Shown here in pieces: positions 37,759 to 51,081 of a stretch of DNA of 64,000 bases. Location: the NCBI GenBank assembly GCA_964188305.1, contig OZ076901.1; one strand, given 5' to 3'. A model generated the notes under the pieces. The model did no database searches and was not told the DNA's origin. It saw only the letters and a program-made list of their open reading frames with translations. Each line of letters starts with the position of its first letter. The stretch's first letter is position 1. A program made the translations under genes and the position numbers. Origin of the DNA: Podarcis bocagei. Its lineage: Eukaryota.

Positions 37759-37922
37759 AGGCTCATCTATGCCCCCTTCGGTCTTATAGTACCACTGAAC
37801 CAGAGTGTTGGCAGAAACCTCCTCTCGCTTCATGCAGGAGATACACAGCAGCTTCATGCGCGACCCTTGGACTGCCTCTGTCTCTGACGGTACTTCAACG
37901 CAGACTGAAGAGCAGACACCCA
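37759..37922 (-). CDS. SCN3B: SCN3B exon (V)GVCSSVCVEVPSETEAVQGSRMKLLCISCMKREEVSANTLVQWYYKTEGGIDEP
   Basis: ctttccAG / GTaagt; 164 nt; VCVEVPSETEAVQG and CISCMKREE are beta-3 signatures. Confidence 0.97.
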
Positions 37923-40070
37923 CTGGAAAGCCATGGATCAGCAGCCCAGTTTGGATATGTGAGCATATAGTGCAATTGGGAGAGGGACCCATTTCCAAGA
38001 AGGGAAAAAGGCAGAGGAAGACACAAACACATGGAGAGGGGGTGGAGCGACACAGAGAACAATCTGTTATTCAAGACGCTTGTGATTCTCAGTGAAAATA
38101 AATCTCTTAATTCAACACTGGCATTCATTGAGAATGGATTAAATATCAGGATTTGCAAAAAACCTTCCATCCTATGCTGATCTCAACCAATAATCCACAT
38201 TAAATAATAACTTGGTGCTGAATTTACTAGTGCTTTGCAGATTTATGCAGTGTCCCATCTAATTCCTCCAACACAGAAATCTGAATTGTGAGATTTCAAT
38301 GTTGCTTTGATTATTTCGGCTACAATTGAAGCACATGTGACATACAGTCAACCAACCAGAAGTTATATAATCCAGAACTGCAAGTTATTTTTTGAATCAG
38401 AAAGGCAAATGTCACTTCCCCACTCCCTCCCAGGTTCTTTTTTTTAATATTATGTTTGTTCTTTACATTTCCCCAGAGACCCTGCAAAACACATTATGAA
38501 AACCTGTATTTCTATACACACACGGCATCTGTAAAAGGCTACTTCATCCTAAAAGCTCACAGCATTTAAAAAAGGCAGAAGCATAAAATATGAATGATAA
38601 AATGCCCCCCTCAAAAGTCCTATCCCCAACACAGTATTGCAGTCTACCAGGCTCGACAGAGCTTTTCATCACCATTCTTATGTGAGAATTAGGATGCCAG
38701 AATTAGTATCATTCTGGTTCTCTTATACATAGCACAGTTTGCGCAAGTCCATGTGAACAGCTGGCACCAAGTCAGATTCTACTCAACAGTTTGAATGTTT
38801 CCCTCTTAAGTGCTACTAGCCAAGCATGTAGATAATGCTTACTGTACCCTTTCTAACTGACACTGAACAACGACAGCTTCTTTTTGCTAAGCAAACAGTG
38901 CCAGTGTTTCCCCAAGAGACATGGGGTTCAGGAAAAACATCTCCGACTTCCTTGAGCCAAGAAGCCTGCACATTGCTCTGGGGTTTCATTTACTCTGAAG
39001 AGCATTTTTGCACAGAACTCTGAAAGCATTTCTGAATCTCCTCATGTACCATTTCTGTACACATGTGAGAATGTTGTTCAGGGAATGTAGAAAAGAGAAG
39101 ACAGCCATTTTAAAACTGAATGCACATTTTAGCCAAACTAGGGAATTGCAGATGTGGGGGGAGGGGGAGAGAGAACCAATGCACCCCAAACAAACTGTTA
39201 AGTATGGCATGTGAAAATGCTTTCAACTCTCAAAAGTGCACAGAATTGACTGAAGAGCAAGGATGTAATTGTCTGTGCATTCTGCCCTCCCACAATGCTT
39301 TAAATAAAAGTTGGCACAAAAAATTGCACTTTCACAAACATGTTCTCCTTCAATGAGGCACAACCCTTTCCCTGTGACACTTCCAACACCTGTTTATCCA
39401 TTTTTACAGGCTTCATTCCCAGCTGTTCCTCTGTTGCCTTGGGATCCACAGTTTAACTGGGCGGTCTGACAAGGGACAAATCCACAGTCTAAGGGGTTGT
39501 TTCTCTGTAAGGCTTCCCAGCCAAACTGCTGTGTTCTAAGATACAGCATGGAATCCAAAGTCTTGCCTGAATACTGCTGGATTCACTATTGCAGCTGTAT
39601 TTTGGAGGTAAAATGTAAAAAGAAGAAGAAATGGTTGGAAGCCCCTTGAAAACATCTTTGAAACTCAGTTTTGACATGGGAATTTAAAGGTACTTGGGCT
39701 GTTGCCTCCTTTTCTAAACACTCCCTAGAGAGAAAGCAAGCTCCAAGTTTAATTCCTAGCATCTCCACCAGCCAAGCAGAGCTGGAAGAAACTCCTTGCC
39801 TGAAATCTTGGGACAATATTGATTTACATAGACCAGCGATCTGACTGGTAGAAGGCAGCTCCCTAAGGCCCTCCTTGAGGTGGAGTGGGGTGGGGGGAAG
39901 GAAAGTTAATATGAAAGTCATTGCAATTCGCAGCCAATTTTCCTCCGGCTTCTCTTGATATCGTGCACGTGCAGATCCAAGTGCACGAGGCCCATGGTTG
40001 CGCTTTGACTCTGTCCAACCGGGAAACAACCACAACCCTCCCCTTACTTAATTAAAGTGGTGCACAATAG

Positions 40071-40084
40071 CTCGCCATGGCAAC
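40071..40084. promoter_or_regulatory. Candidate RFX X-box in the SCN3B intron
   Basis: CTCGCCATGGCAAC versus GTTGCCATGGCAAC consensus. Confidence 0.35.
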
Positions 40085-40258
40085 CCTTCTCTCTCTCTCG
40101 AGGAGCTGCTCAGGCCCCCGGGGCAACTCGGCAACTAATGACTTCATAGAGGACCTTCTCAGGGATCCTTCCCACTGAAACGGAACCCCTCTCTCTGGCT
40201 GTCTCACAAATACACACGTTTCACATGGTTTCCTGGACCACAGGCGGGAAGCACCTAC

Positions 40259-40316
40259 CGCAAAGGACCACCACCAGCAGGGAAGAGGCGGCGGCCACCT
40301 TCGTTAGCGCAGCCAT
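40259..40316 (-). CDS. SCN3B: SCN3B first coding exon, signal peptide MAALTKVAAASSLLVVVLC
   Basis: Strong Kozak GGAGCCATGG, hydrophobic signal peptide, phase-1 donor G|GTaggt joins the next exon in frame; total CDS 654 nt = 217 aa + stop. Confidence 0.88.
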
Positions 40317-40528
40317 GGCTCCTGGAAAGGCAGACTCGGCTGGGTCTCCTTTCTCCACCAGATCTAGTAGCTTAGTCGCCGCGCAACTGGATCCGGGCGG
40401 GAGGAGGAGGAGGCGCTGGGTTGGAACCGACCGATGGGAGCAGCCGGACCAGGAGGAGGCAGGGATCAGGGAGGGCAAAGGTGCACCGTTCAAAGTCCCT
40501 TCCTGGCACTCCTCCTCTCGCAAGGGTT

Positions 40529-40549
40529 TTCAGCACCAGGGAGAGAGCC
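40529..40549 (+). promoter_or_regulatory. RE1/NRSE (REST site), copy 1
   Basis: TTCAGCACC AG GGAGAGAGCC, canonical 2-bp spacer. Confidence 0.75.
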
Positions 40550-40681
40550 CGCGGGTCGCCGCCGTCTTTGGACAGCTCCGCGCTGGAGTAGGCGCTGGGC
40601 TGGAACTCGCCGATGGGAGCAGATGGGGTTCCCGTAGGGCAGCGGTGCACTTTTAACTGACGTGGCTCCCGCGTAGCGGGT

Positions 40682-40702
40682 TTCAGCACCACGGACAGCT
40701 CC
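40682..40702 (+). promoter_or_regulatory. RE1/NRSE (REST site), copy 2
   Basis: TTCAGCACCACGGACAGCTCC, 20/21 to consensus TTCAGCACCACGGACAGCGCC. Confidence 0.92.
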
Positions 40703-43700
40703 TGCGGGTCGCCGCCCTCTTTGGACAGCTCCGCGACGGGCGGGCAGGGTCGGGGTTACCTGGCGAGGGCGACAGCGCCGGCTGTCCCTTCCCAGCTGTG
40801 GGCATCACCAGCCCCTTGGAGGCGCCTGCGCTGCGCTGCCCTGCCCCCGCCTGTGCTCAGTCCAACGGTTCGGGGGAAGGGAGGCGAGCGACAGAGGACA
40901 GCAGGGGTCTTTGGAGAGCCGCTGGGCCCGCTTCCTACAGCCCTGCGGCGCGAAGGGAGACGGGGAGAGGCCGGAGATGGAGGGGCTCCGCAGCCACCAA
41001 CCCTCGCCGTCGCCACCCTCGCCGCCACCTCCAGCTCCGAGCCTCCCCACAGGAACAATGCATCTCAAGCCGTGTGCTGGAGCCCAGCCTCCTGCGCCGG
41101 CTCTGCGTGGCTGGGAAGGCTTGTGCCCGCCTTACGAGAGCGCGAGGGTGGGTGGTGGAGGAGGAGGAGTGCCGCCGCCTCCCTTCTCCGAGCCGTGCCT
41201 GGATTGGGAACAGCCCCTCAGGACAAGCATGCGCAGACCTCTCTTTGGCAGAAGCAGGCGTCCCCCTCCCATCAGGAGAGCGAGACTCCCTTTTCCCGAT
41301 GAATTGGGGGTGGGTGGGGCGTTTCCTGCCTCTTTCCAAGCCAGCTGCTCCCAGAGCCTCTTCACATCTACACCAACCCTTCAGGGTTGTGCACGGGGGC
41401 GGGGAAGGAACCATGTGCCACCTTTATTTCCTTGGATAAAAGGTGGGATATAAATCCAGCCAATCCATCACTAATTTAAATGTGCTTTGAATGTATGGTG
41501 TGGATGTAGCCAAATCCACGGTTCACTTTCTCTGCTGAAATCTTTCATAAGCAAACAGCAGCAGGCAAAATGGAAAAAAGACCCTTTTCTGGAACAAAAT
41601 GAGTCTGGCATGGAGAGGAAAAGAGAAAGAGAGGGAGGCTGAAGGGACTGCTGCCTCCATAGCCCCCAAAGTGCCCATCATCCTAAATGATTTCCATGCA
41701 ATCTGATGGGATGTTCTTCAGTGTTTGAGTGCACAGCAATGCCTGGCATCCTGCCAGTGTTCCCTGGCAGGGGAGCCATGCTTTTCTGCTGTGGTCTCCT
41801 AAAGGTGGTAGCTAGTCGGGAGTGGCAGCAGTGGCCTGTAACAAGTCCATGTGACTGCCATTGGGAAAGCTCCAAAGGTCACTCTTGCAGCTGGAAAGGC
41901 TGAGAAAGCCTCTGTTCTCATAGATCCGGCTTGTGCCCAAAGGGTTTAGTGGCAGGAGCTGGCTGGGTCTCTTCCATCTGGAGAGGAGCCACGATTCCCA
42001 TCACACGCATCTCCAACTCTGCAGGGCAGTCTATGGTCAAACCTGAATGGATTTAGGAGGAGGGGATGCTCATTAGATCAAGCCAGGGTAGACGGGGATA
42101 TACTGACAGATTGCTGGTTGATTTGCAGTAAATTGGCAAGAATTGCAGACTCTCAGTTGTTTAACAGCAACAGGAACTAAATGACCTGCTCGCACCCAGT
42201 TGCATTGCTGGAATGAAGAAATATGTTGATGCTGCTTGTGGTTATGAAAGTGGCAAAAGTGGAGTGGGCATTTTGTGTGCTCAGTTCTGTTTTAGTACCC
42301 AAATCATATTCCTGGGCTCAGAACTATTTAATTTGTTAATAAGTGTTTATCTTTTGCATCCAGCTTCAGCTGATGGATTTGGCTTGGGGGGGGGGGGTCC
42401 TAGTAAAACACACACACACAAAAAACCAACCAAATTGAGCAAAACTCTCCATTAGATGATTTTGCAACCATGTATTTCAACCTCTCTCTCTCTTCTGCTT
42501 TCATAGAAGTAGAAAGTTCCCACCACCTTGTCTCTGGCAACAATAAAGTGCAGGAAGGGCCACTGGATGGCTGGCCTCCAAACTAGACCTGGCCAAGAGA
42601 GAGGGCTATTCTCAGAAACCCTAAGCATACCCAGCTGTCGTGTCTCTTTAAGCCAAGCCTACACATCAAAAGCAGTTCTCAGAATAAATGTATTACGCCG
42701 TAAATGTTACTCCCTTCCCTGGAAAGCAGTTGCTGCTATCTGAAGCAAGCAGGCTAGAAAACAGAGTTATATCCCTGCCTGGGGTTGGCTTTTAGAAGGC
42801 ATCAATCAGCTCTACATGCCTGTCCTCAATGCAATTTCCATGTCTTTCGTACCTGGTTGTGTTTGTGGGCTTCATTGCATCTCAAGGCACATATTTACAT
42901 AAGAGCAGATATGTGCCAAATACAAGGGATCATGTTTGCTTAAACAACACATTTTGAATTAATGTTACATGGCACCCTGTTCTTCGGTTATGTAAGATAA
43001 AACGCACATCTCCCTGAACATCTGCCAGGGGTGCCATAATTACTTGGTTGAATGCTGCCTGCTGATCCTGAATTCACTGTCCATGATGGCTGGGACTGAT
43101 GGGAGTTGTATTCCTCAAGAACTTGGAGGGCTGCAGGTTCCTCATCTTCTTAAGCCCTTTCAGCTCTGTCATTCTATTAGTATTATTTACAAATTCTTAA
43201 TCATTTTATGCATACCAATTACATTTATTTAAAAAAAAACTTCCATTTTTTTCTTCCCTTGGAGATATCATCAAAACTAAATAAAGCCTGGGAAACATGT
43301 GATCATCTATTTATTTGTTTTTTCTCTTGGAGTCATCTGCATTTTGTCTGCAGTTCACCTCATATAATCTATCCTGGGCCTAGTGGGTGGATATTGCTCA
43401 GCACTGCTTTATATAGATCTTCAGAATCTGTTAAATCAGGTGGCTTGCACTCTTGTCTGACAGCCATATGCTCACAGAAGCACTGTGAAATCATGTCTGT
43501 TTGCAGCAGGCCAGGTTCCTGTCAGGAAATGCAAGCCCCTGGATGTGAGAGGGGATGTGGGCCAGCAGAGAGCATTCATCACAGAGCAGAAGCAGTGAAG
43601 AAAAGACAGGATGTTTTCACCTGTGATTAAGAAAGAACCTGGATGGAACACTCTGACTCAACTCCTATAAATGGCCTACTTTCACTCCCAGGAACATGGC

Positions 43701-44557
43701 AAATTTTGGCTCTCTGGAGTAAACTGTTCTGTCCCCAAGTCCAAGGCATGGTGAGTCTGTGGGTGCCAGGCAAGAATATATTTCCTGTTCAAGTTGTTCA
43801 TGGCAAACGAAGTCCAGTAGGAGTTGTTTGTCTTACACCACCCTTTCAAAAGGTGCCCAGTCATTGTGAACAAGCAGTGATGTTTTGGAGGGTCCTTTGA
43901 CAAAAAACTTATTCATGATCCACCTTCAGTGAGTCCACCTTCTGACCACCATTATAATCAGCTCCACCTCTTCCTGGCCACCACAGTTTTCTGGGCCTGA
44001 GGAAGAGGCAGGGCAACAAGCAGCCATTTATTTATGTACAGCATTTATCATTACATATCTACCCTTCTTTCATCTTAGAAGGCATACATGGCTCTCCCCC
44101 CCCCTCCATTTTATCATCATGACTGCCCTGTGAGGTAGGGTTAGGATGCTGGACTAGATAGGCTGCTGGTTTTCTTATGTTTTTATGTGCAGATTTTTTT
44201 GTTGGCTGATTCTCACTGTTTTAATACAGTGATCACACTTGTTTTCATTCCATCCGACTGACATTCTGTGAAGAAAGAGCCAGAAGCTGTCATTAAAGTC
44301 ATTGCTATCCACTCCCCATTTCCTCCAGCCTTCTGTATGCTCATTAAGCAAGTGCTCTTTTGCAGGAGAAAGTTTTCCCCCCACCCCACCAAAGGGCAAG
44401 AGGTCCCTGTAAGGCTGGTGAAGGCTCAGCCCTCTTTGGTCTTTCAGCCAGAGATAGCGTGTGTGCGCGCGCACACACACACACACAGTGTGCACTGGAA
44501 ACATTGATGAATATGAATTGTGAATGCTACAGAGAGCGGAACCGCTCTTTGTCAGGG

Positions 44558-44571
44558 GTTGCTATGGGAAC
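44558..44571. promoter_or_regulatory. Candidate RFX X-box upstream of SCN3B
   Basis: GTTGCTATGGGAAC between two (CA)n tracts. Confidence 0.4.
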
Positions 44572-47500
44572 ACCATCCCAGCCAGGGCAACACAGGCACA
44601 CAACACACACACACACACACACGGTCTGACACTTCTGTAGCAGAATGGGGGGGGGGATGATCAAAGATGCCCAACATTTCTGCCTTCAACAATTCCTCTG
44701 ATTTCTCTGTGATGCCTTATTATAGGCTGGAATCAAGAAAGAAAACCTGAGCAGGGATGCCTGGGCCTCATGCAGTTACTGGCAGATGGCTTCCCTGTCA
44801 ACCATTAGAACAATTGCAGAAATGCCTTTCATTGTGCAAAGAGAAATATTAGCCATGCCTTGCACTCCTGGCTGCCAGGGGGTTGAGAGAGACCCAGATC
44901 TATCAGCAGCTGCTCACCATTCATCATGTACTGGTGGGTTACTCTTTCAGCTGCTTAAATCTGGGGATAGGACTGTCCTGAATAGAGTCTGCCTTCTTCA
45001 GCAGAGGTCTCTAGGGCACACAAAAAGTACAAGGGCTCCAGCAGCAGAAGGGACCCATTTCAGTGGTGGAGGATCTGCCTTAGCATGTGAAAGCTTAGTC
45101 CCTGACAGCAACTCTAGGTAGGGCTGGGAAGAGACCCCTGCCTCAAGCCTTCTACTGGTCTGACTCAGTAGAAGGCACCTCCTTATGCTGCTCCGTACTA
45201 GACCAGGGCAAGAGCCCAGTGAGAAGGGCAAAGAATAAAGGGGAGGCTACTGTGCCCCACCTTCTTGTTCTTTCCTATATCTTTCCAACAAAAAAAAATT
45301 TGCAGATCATTTCCACAAAATAGTGAGGGTGCTTTCACACTGTAGCTGTTTTCAGGTGGTATTTGGCCACACAGTAGCAAATTCAGGGCACTCTTTTAAG
45401 TTGATTTGTGCAATAAATCAGCATCCCCAAAAGATGGGACTTCTTGTGAGATGATTTGTTTCATGTCACCTCTCACTCGCCCTTTCTCTAAACTAAAAAG
45501 TCCCAAATGCTGTAACTGTTCCTCATATGGAAGTCACTCCATCATTTTAATTGCCCTTTTCTGAACCTTTTCCAACTCTACAACCAGAACTGTACACAGT
45601 ATTCTTTCATGACCCCTGGCCTCAGGAAGTTGTGGGTGTTATTTGGAGGCACTCGCTGCCAAAAGAAAGGAAGAGAACTCCATGTTTCTTGTCTGTGTGT
45701 CTCTAGACAGATGGACCACCGGGACTTTCTCAGAAATATACAGAGAACAAACACCACATCCCATGCTTTGAGGAACAGTTCCATATGAAGCCATCTGTTA
45801 GCATGGCTGATATTAGCCCATTCTTCCACCTATGGAGACTACAGGTGCTGGAAGAACCTAGTGGTGCTTATCATAAAAAGAACGATCACCTCTGTTGTGC
45901 TTTATCAGTGCAGCTCTGCATCTCCATCCATAGAGGGTGCATGAAGACTCAGCAGGTGGCGCTGTCTCTTCCCTGAAGCTTCCTTTGTCTGGCAGGATGG
46001 CTACAAAGTTATGTAGTGAGCCTGATGTGAGTCATCAATAGTGCTCAGGTCAGGGCAGGTCTTATACCTTTCAAATTTCAGTGGTGCCCTGTGCAAGGCC
46101 AAAATTCAATACACACACCCCACTTCTTGCATTTTCTTCTGTGCATGCTCTACAGCACCCCTCTCAGTGTGATGCCCAGTGTGCAGAAACTGCCCTAAAT
46201 CTGCCTCTGCACAGGTAGCCATCAGCATCATGTGAAAATATGCCTGAAGGTTGCCAGGCAAAGTTGAAATCCCAGGTACAATGAAACATACAAACAGAAA
46301 GCCACTGCCTCACCAAATTAAAAAAACATCACTTTCCAGCTCACTTACCAACAACCAGTCTGAACAGAAATACCTTTCAGAGCCACAGTCTCTGCACTAA
46401 TCCGGGAATTTGCCTTCCAAGCACAATATTTTCTTTCCACAAATAGCCAGTGCAGGTCCTCTGATTCATAACAGGAGGAGCCTGTCCTCAGGGGGGGTCA
46501 GGGACTGTAATTCTCCCCCCCATGCAGTGGACCCTTGTGTTGCCATCTCCATGGGGAGAAGCAGCTCCTATTGAAGCAAATTGGGGCTCCCCCCAAGGCC
46601 AATAGCAGGAGTAGAGGAGGGGAAATCTGGAAATCTGGAAATCTGGGGGTCTAGATTCAGAACTGGGGCCCCCAGATAGGCTATTTTTGGAAGAATGAAA
46701 GAAAACCTTACATTCAAGAGAATACCAAAAAGTTCCAAAATGCTGTTACATTTCCTTGCAGGGGAGCTGCTGCAGTCCCTTGGTCATTTTGGTTGTGCTT
46801 GACTGATTTAACCCATCGGCTTCTATATACCCTACTGTACCAAAAAAGGTGAGTTTTTCTTAACCCGGCATCTAAAAGGTTGGATTGAGACACACTTCAG
46901 TGAAGAGGTAATTTCACAGGCATGGAGGAGACATCCCCTAAAAAGATCATACATTGACAATTCCAGGAATTCAGAACTGCCAGATCTCCTATCGATGAAG
47001 AAATGCCACTTATTTTTTCTAAATATTGTGTGAGAAATGTGCTTCATTGGTTCCTTAGAAATATTAAATTTAATAAAAGATGGGAACAGAGAGATGGCAA
47101 GAGAAATGATAGCAGAAGGCAGTGTGTGAGAGAGATCATAGGCTGAATTTGTGCTTCAGGTAAAGAAAGTGATGGGGACTGGGGATCAGAGATAAATTGG
47201 GCTCTTCAAAAACATGAAAGATTCAGATTCCAACATGGGATGAAATCCGCCCATAAGTATTATGGTAAACAGAAAAGACAAGAGGAGGCAATAACAGCAA
47301 ACCCAAAATCAATGTTCATGGTTAACTAACAATTTCTAACAGCCTAATACAACCTGGAAATGCTTCGATGCAAGTGAAATTCAGCATTTAGCCACACAGA
47401 GGCAGCAAGGAGCAGCATGAAAGGATTCCTACGGGCAACCATGGGTCTCATGCCATTGTCAGGAAGAATGCGGCAACAAAAGGACAACCTCTGGTCTTTT

Positions 47501-48537
47501 AGCAACAATTCTCAAAGTTTTATGCTATCCTTCTTCTGGGCATGTTTTTTAATGAGACTGGACTAATAAGACAAGCATTTCCTGATAGCAGCAAAAGTTT
47601 GTGCATCTCATGAGTGCTGAAACGAGTTTTTTTAAAGTGATCCCTCTTTGGGAAACTCTAACCTGAGAATGTGAAGTGCTTTTGCAGCACCGACTTCTAA
47701 ACATGTTTATAAAGGTTACAGCAGCTATTATGAGAGCTAGTCTGGAAGATTCATGCGTGCAAGGAGGGAGGGGCTCATGGCTTACTTACCATTTGGCTCA
47801 AGCAGATTTTTAACGACTCCAGAGTGCTTAAAATCCCACCAAACAGCTGGTTTGAAACACTTATTAAGAACTTAAGAGCCACCTGCTGGATCAGACCAAA
47901 GGCCCATCTAGTCCAGCAAGATGTCCTCACAGTGGCCAACTAGATGCCTGTGGGAAGCATGCGAACAGGACCTGAGTGCAACACAACTTTCTCCCCACCT
48001 CTGATTCCCAGCCACTGGCCTTCAGAGATATGCTGCCTCCAACAGTGGTGGGAGAACACAGCCCTTGTGGCTGGTCGCCACAGATCAGTGCACCCTCCAC
48101 AAACTTGTCTAAACCCAGTAGTGGGCAGTGGGATGGGGTGACACTAACCCCACAGCAGCTGACCCGGGCGACACTGGGGCAAGGCAGGAGTGAGACCAGG
48201 ATTGTGCAGGTGCACAAGTGGAGCCCATGTGGCACACTTGCCGGTGTGTCTTCACAGCCACACCCATGTCAGAGCCCTCCCATGTCCCCGTGAAGTGCAG
48301 TGTTGGGAGCGGGTCTCAGCAGATCTGCCCCATCATACTGACTGCTGCTGGATATTAAAGCAGTCCTGGTTGGTGGCCATCACTGCATCCCAAGTGACTA
48401 AATTCCAAAGGTTAACTGTGAGGTGTGTGAAGAAGTCCATCCTTTGGTCTTTCCTGGATCTCCCAAGAGTCAGCTCATACAGAGACTACAAAGGAAGTCC
48501 ACCCAAGCTGGTCACTGCAAGTATGAAATAGGCTGAA

Positions 48538-48686
48538 ATCATAGAATCATGGGATGGTAGAGTTGGAAGGGACCAGAGGATGATCTAGTTCAACTCCCTG
48601 CAATGCAGGAATCTTTCAACCAACAAGGGGGTTGAACCCATGACCCTGAGATTAAGAGTCTCATGCTTTACTGACTGAGCTATCCC
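48538..48686 (-). mobile_element. tRNA-Lys-derived CR1-tailed SINE
   Basis: ...ccctgagattaagagtctcatgctttactgactgagctatccc is the reverse of the tRNA-Lys head. Confidence 0.85.
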
Positions 48687-48696
48687 TCCACCCAGC

Positions 48697-49118
48697 TGTT
48701 AGGATTCTTGCTCCGTGTTTGCAGTCATGGGATTGTTGTCTATCACATGATGGTGTATGTTTTCATTCCACAGAGTGGGAAGTGAAGGAGACAGGATGTT
48801 TTGGTATTACTGTGTTCTGTGAAGTGGGACTATTTTCCTTTGTTCTTTCTCTTTGCTGTATGATGAGAAAGAGGAAGGAGCTAAAACAGAATGCTCCCAG
48901 TGTATTAGCCAAATGCTATGCTACTGAGTTCTGTTACGCAAACTGCGAATACTCTGTGGATCCCTAAGTGTGCTGATGCTTCTTGGTATCAGTCGCTATG
49001 ATGTTTGGGCTGAAGAAAGCTTTTGAAGCTCCCGAATGAAAGACCAGGAGGGAGAGAACATGCCAGTTGGGCATGTGTCTCTACCAGGGTTCTACACAAG
49101 TGTAGGATGATCCTAACA
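48697..49118. mobile_element. Probable solo LTR
   Basis: 9-bp inverted termini TGTTAGGAT...ATCCTAACA; TSD imperfect (CCAGC/CCATT). Confidence 0.55.
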
Positions 49119-50015
49119 CCATTGACCCCTTCCACAGCTGACAATGGACTCTGCTCATATTTCCTTCAGTTTGGGTAGCTGTTTTCTTCCTCTTCCCCCT
49201 CCCCAAACTCTACATTAATCCAGGGCTTCAGAACATCTGCTGCTTCACCAGCTCCAAGGAGTCCCAAGGATCCGAAAAACCCTCTCATAGGAGTGTTGAA
49301 GTCATGGTTGGGAGAGGGGAGACCAGCTCCTACTTACTGCTGCCATGATCTCAGTTCTCTCCTGACTCTAACAATTGCTGACCACATTTTCAACTGGCCT
49401 ATTGACCACTGGGCCCTCTCTCTAATACACAGTCATTATATTCTGCTAAAGGTGATGCGTTACAAATAGGCAGATCACAGATTCTACACACACTGACTAT
49501 TGCTGGAGTGTTATGTGTCGGGGTTGGAAAAAATGACTGTAAAACAGATAAGTGGGATATGGTCAGAAAAATCTGGGAGCGGTTAAATTTGGTTCAGTGA
49601 AGAGAGATGCTGAAGAGCAGAGAGAATCATCAGGTGCAATTAGATAATTGGTGCCTGTTAACAGCTTATGGAAAAAGAGAACTGGAAATAGTGTTGGAAT
49701 GGGTGACCTATTTTTTTCAAAGATATAATTTGCAAAGTGGGGAAATCTCATAGGTATAAAAAGGGAAAAAAATGCTTCCTTCCCCTTCTTAGCTGTTTTG
49801 ATGTTAAAACAAAGGTATGTGTGGAATTGTTAATATTTGGTAATGTTATAAGCAAATCTATTTTTGTTTGTTTGTATGTATTTTTTCTGAAGAACAAGTC
49901 TGAATGTGTATATATATATATGTATATATATATCTCCAATATATATATATATCTCCAATATATATATATATCTCCACATTAACATTAACTTAACCATACA
50001 ATGCACAACAGCTTA

Positions 50016-50366
50016 AAAAGGTAAAGGGACCCTGACCATTAGGTCCAGTCGTTGCTGACTCTGGGGTTGCGGCGCTCATCTCGCTTTATTGGCCGAGGGA
50101 GCTGGCGTACAGCTTCCGGGTCATGTGGCCAGCATGACTAAGCCGCTTTTGGCGAACCAGAGCAGCGCACGGAAACGCCGTTAACCTTCCCACCGGAGCG
50201 GTACCTATTTATCTACTTGCACTTTGATGTGCTTTCGAACTGCTAGGTTGGCAGGAGCAGGGACCGAGCAACGGGAACTCACCCCATCGTGGGGATTCGA
50301 ACCGCCAACCTTCTGATCGGCAAGTCCTAGGCTGTGTGGTTTAACTCACAGTGCCACCCGCGTCCC
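50016..50366 (-). mobile_element. Sauria-type SINE, full length, young
   Basis: Near-identical to the 16360 copy; TSD CACAACAGCTTA (50004-50015, 50372-50383). Confidence 0.92.
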
Positions 50367-50610
50367 TCTATCACAACAGCTTACTACATTGTTAAATGAG
50401 AAAATACACAAACAGGCTAAATACATCCATTTAGCAACCACCATCAGGGGCTGCAGATACCCGAGACGCCTTCTTGCATTATGTGGCTGATCAGCTTGCT
50501 GTAATACAACTGCAAATTCTACATAATTTTTTTTTTTTTTTTGGGGGGGGGGGTTAGATTTATGGTGCAATGAAATTATTTTTTCAAAATAAATTTAAAT
50601 GCCACTGTTT

Positions 50611-50756
50611 GGGATAGCTTAGTCAGTAGAGCATGAGACTCTTAATCTCAGAGTTGTGGGTTCAAGCCCTACGCTGGGAAAAAGATCCCTGCATTGTAGG
50701 GGGTTGAACCTGTAGATGACCCTCACGGTCCCTTCCATCTCTATGATTCCCTGATT
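50611..50756 (+). mobile_element. tRNA-Lys-derived CR1-tailed SINE
   Basis: gggatagcttagtcagtagagcatgagactcttaatctcagagttgtgggttcaagccctacg plus gtcccttcc...ctatgatt tail. Confidence 0.85.
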
Positions 50757-51081
50757 ACACAGACATACAAATACCAATACCCATTTGCCTCTCTTCTCCA
50801 CTGCCCTCTCACACCACCCCAGCCCTTTCTGCAGCCTCTCACCTTTCACTGCTCTTGTGTCTCCCTTTGTTATCACCTTCCCACCCCCCACTGCCTTTTA
50901 TCTCTCCCTGCCATTGCTCAGGTCCCCCTCCCTTTTCCCTCTGGACTCTGACCTGTAGTGATTCTCTCTACCTTCCCTTCTTCCATTATCCCACAGTCCC
51001 AATGCCTTAGTCTCTCTCCCACCCTTCTCTTACTGCCCTCACTCACCTCCAGCCACACCCCTCACTTTCTTCTTTCGTTTA

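Larger units (their letters stand above)
40230..41300. promoter_or_regulatory. SCN3B: CpG island / SCN3B promoter and 5' exon region
   Basis: Very GC- and CpG-rich, TE-free; candidate non-coding exon-1 donor cgccAG|GTaacc at 40760/40759 (minus). Confidence 0.85.

Noticed and set aside
40221-41453. Long overlapping ORFs (up to 213 aa) on both strands
   Set aside because: Stop-poor GC-rich CpG island; no recognisable domains; only 40259-40316 is supported as coding
50611-50680. tRNA-Lys(CUU)-like genes (also 12570-12635, 48620-48686)
   Set aside because: Acceptor stem broken, mutated boxes and a fused CR1-like tail: SINE heads, not tRNA genes
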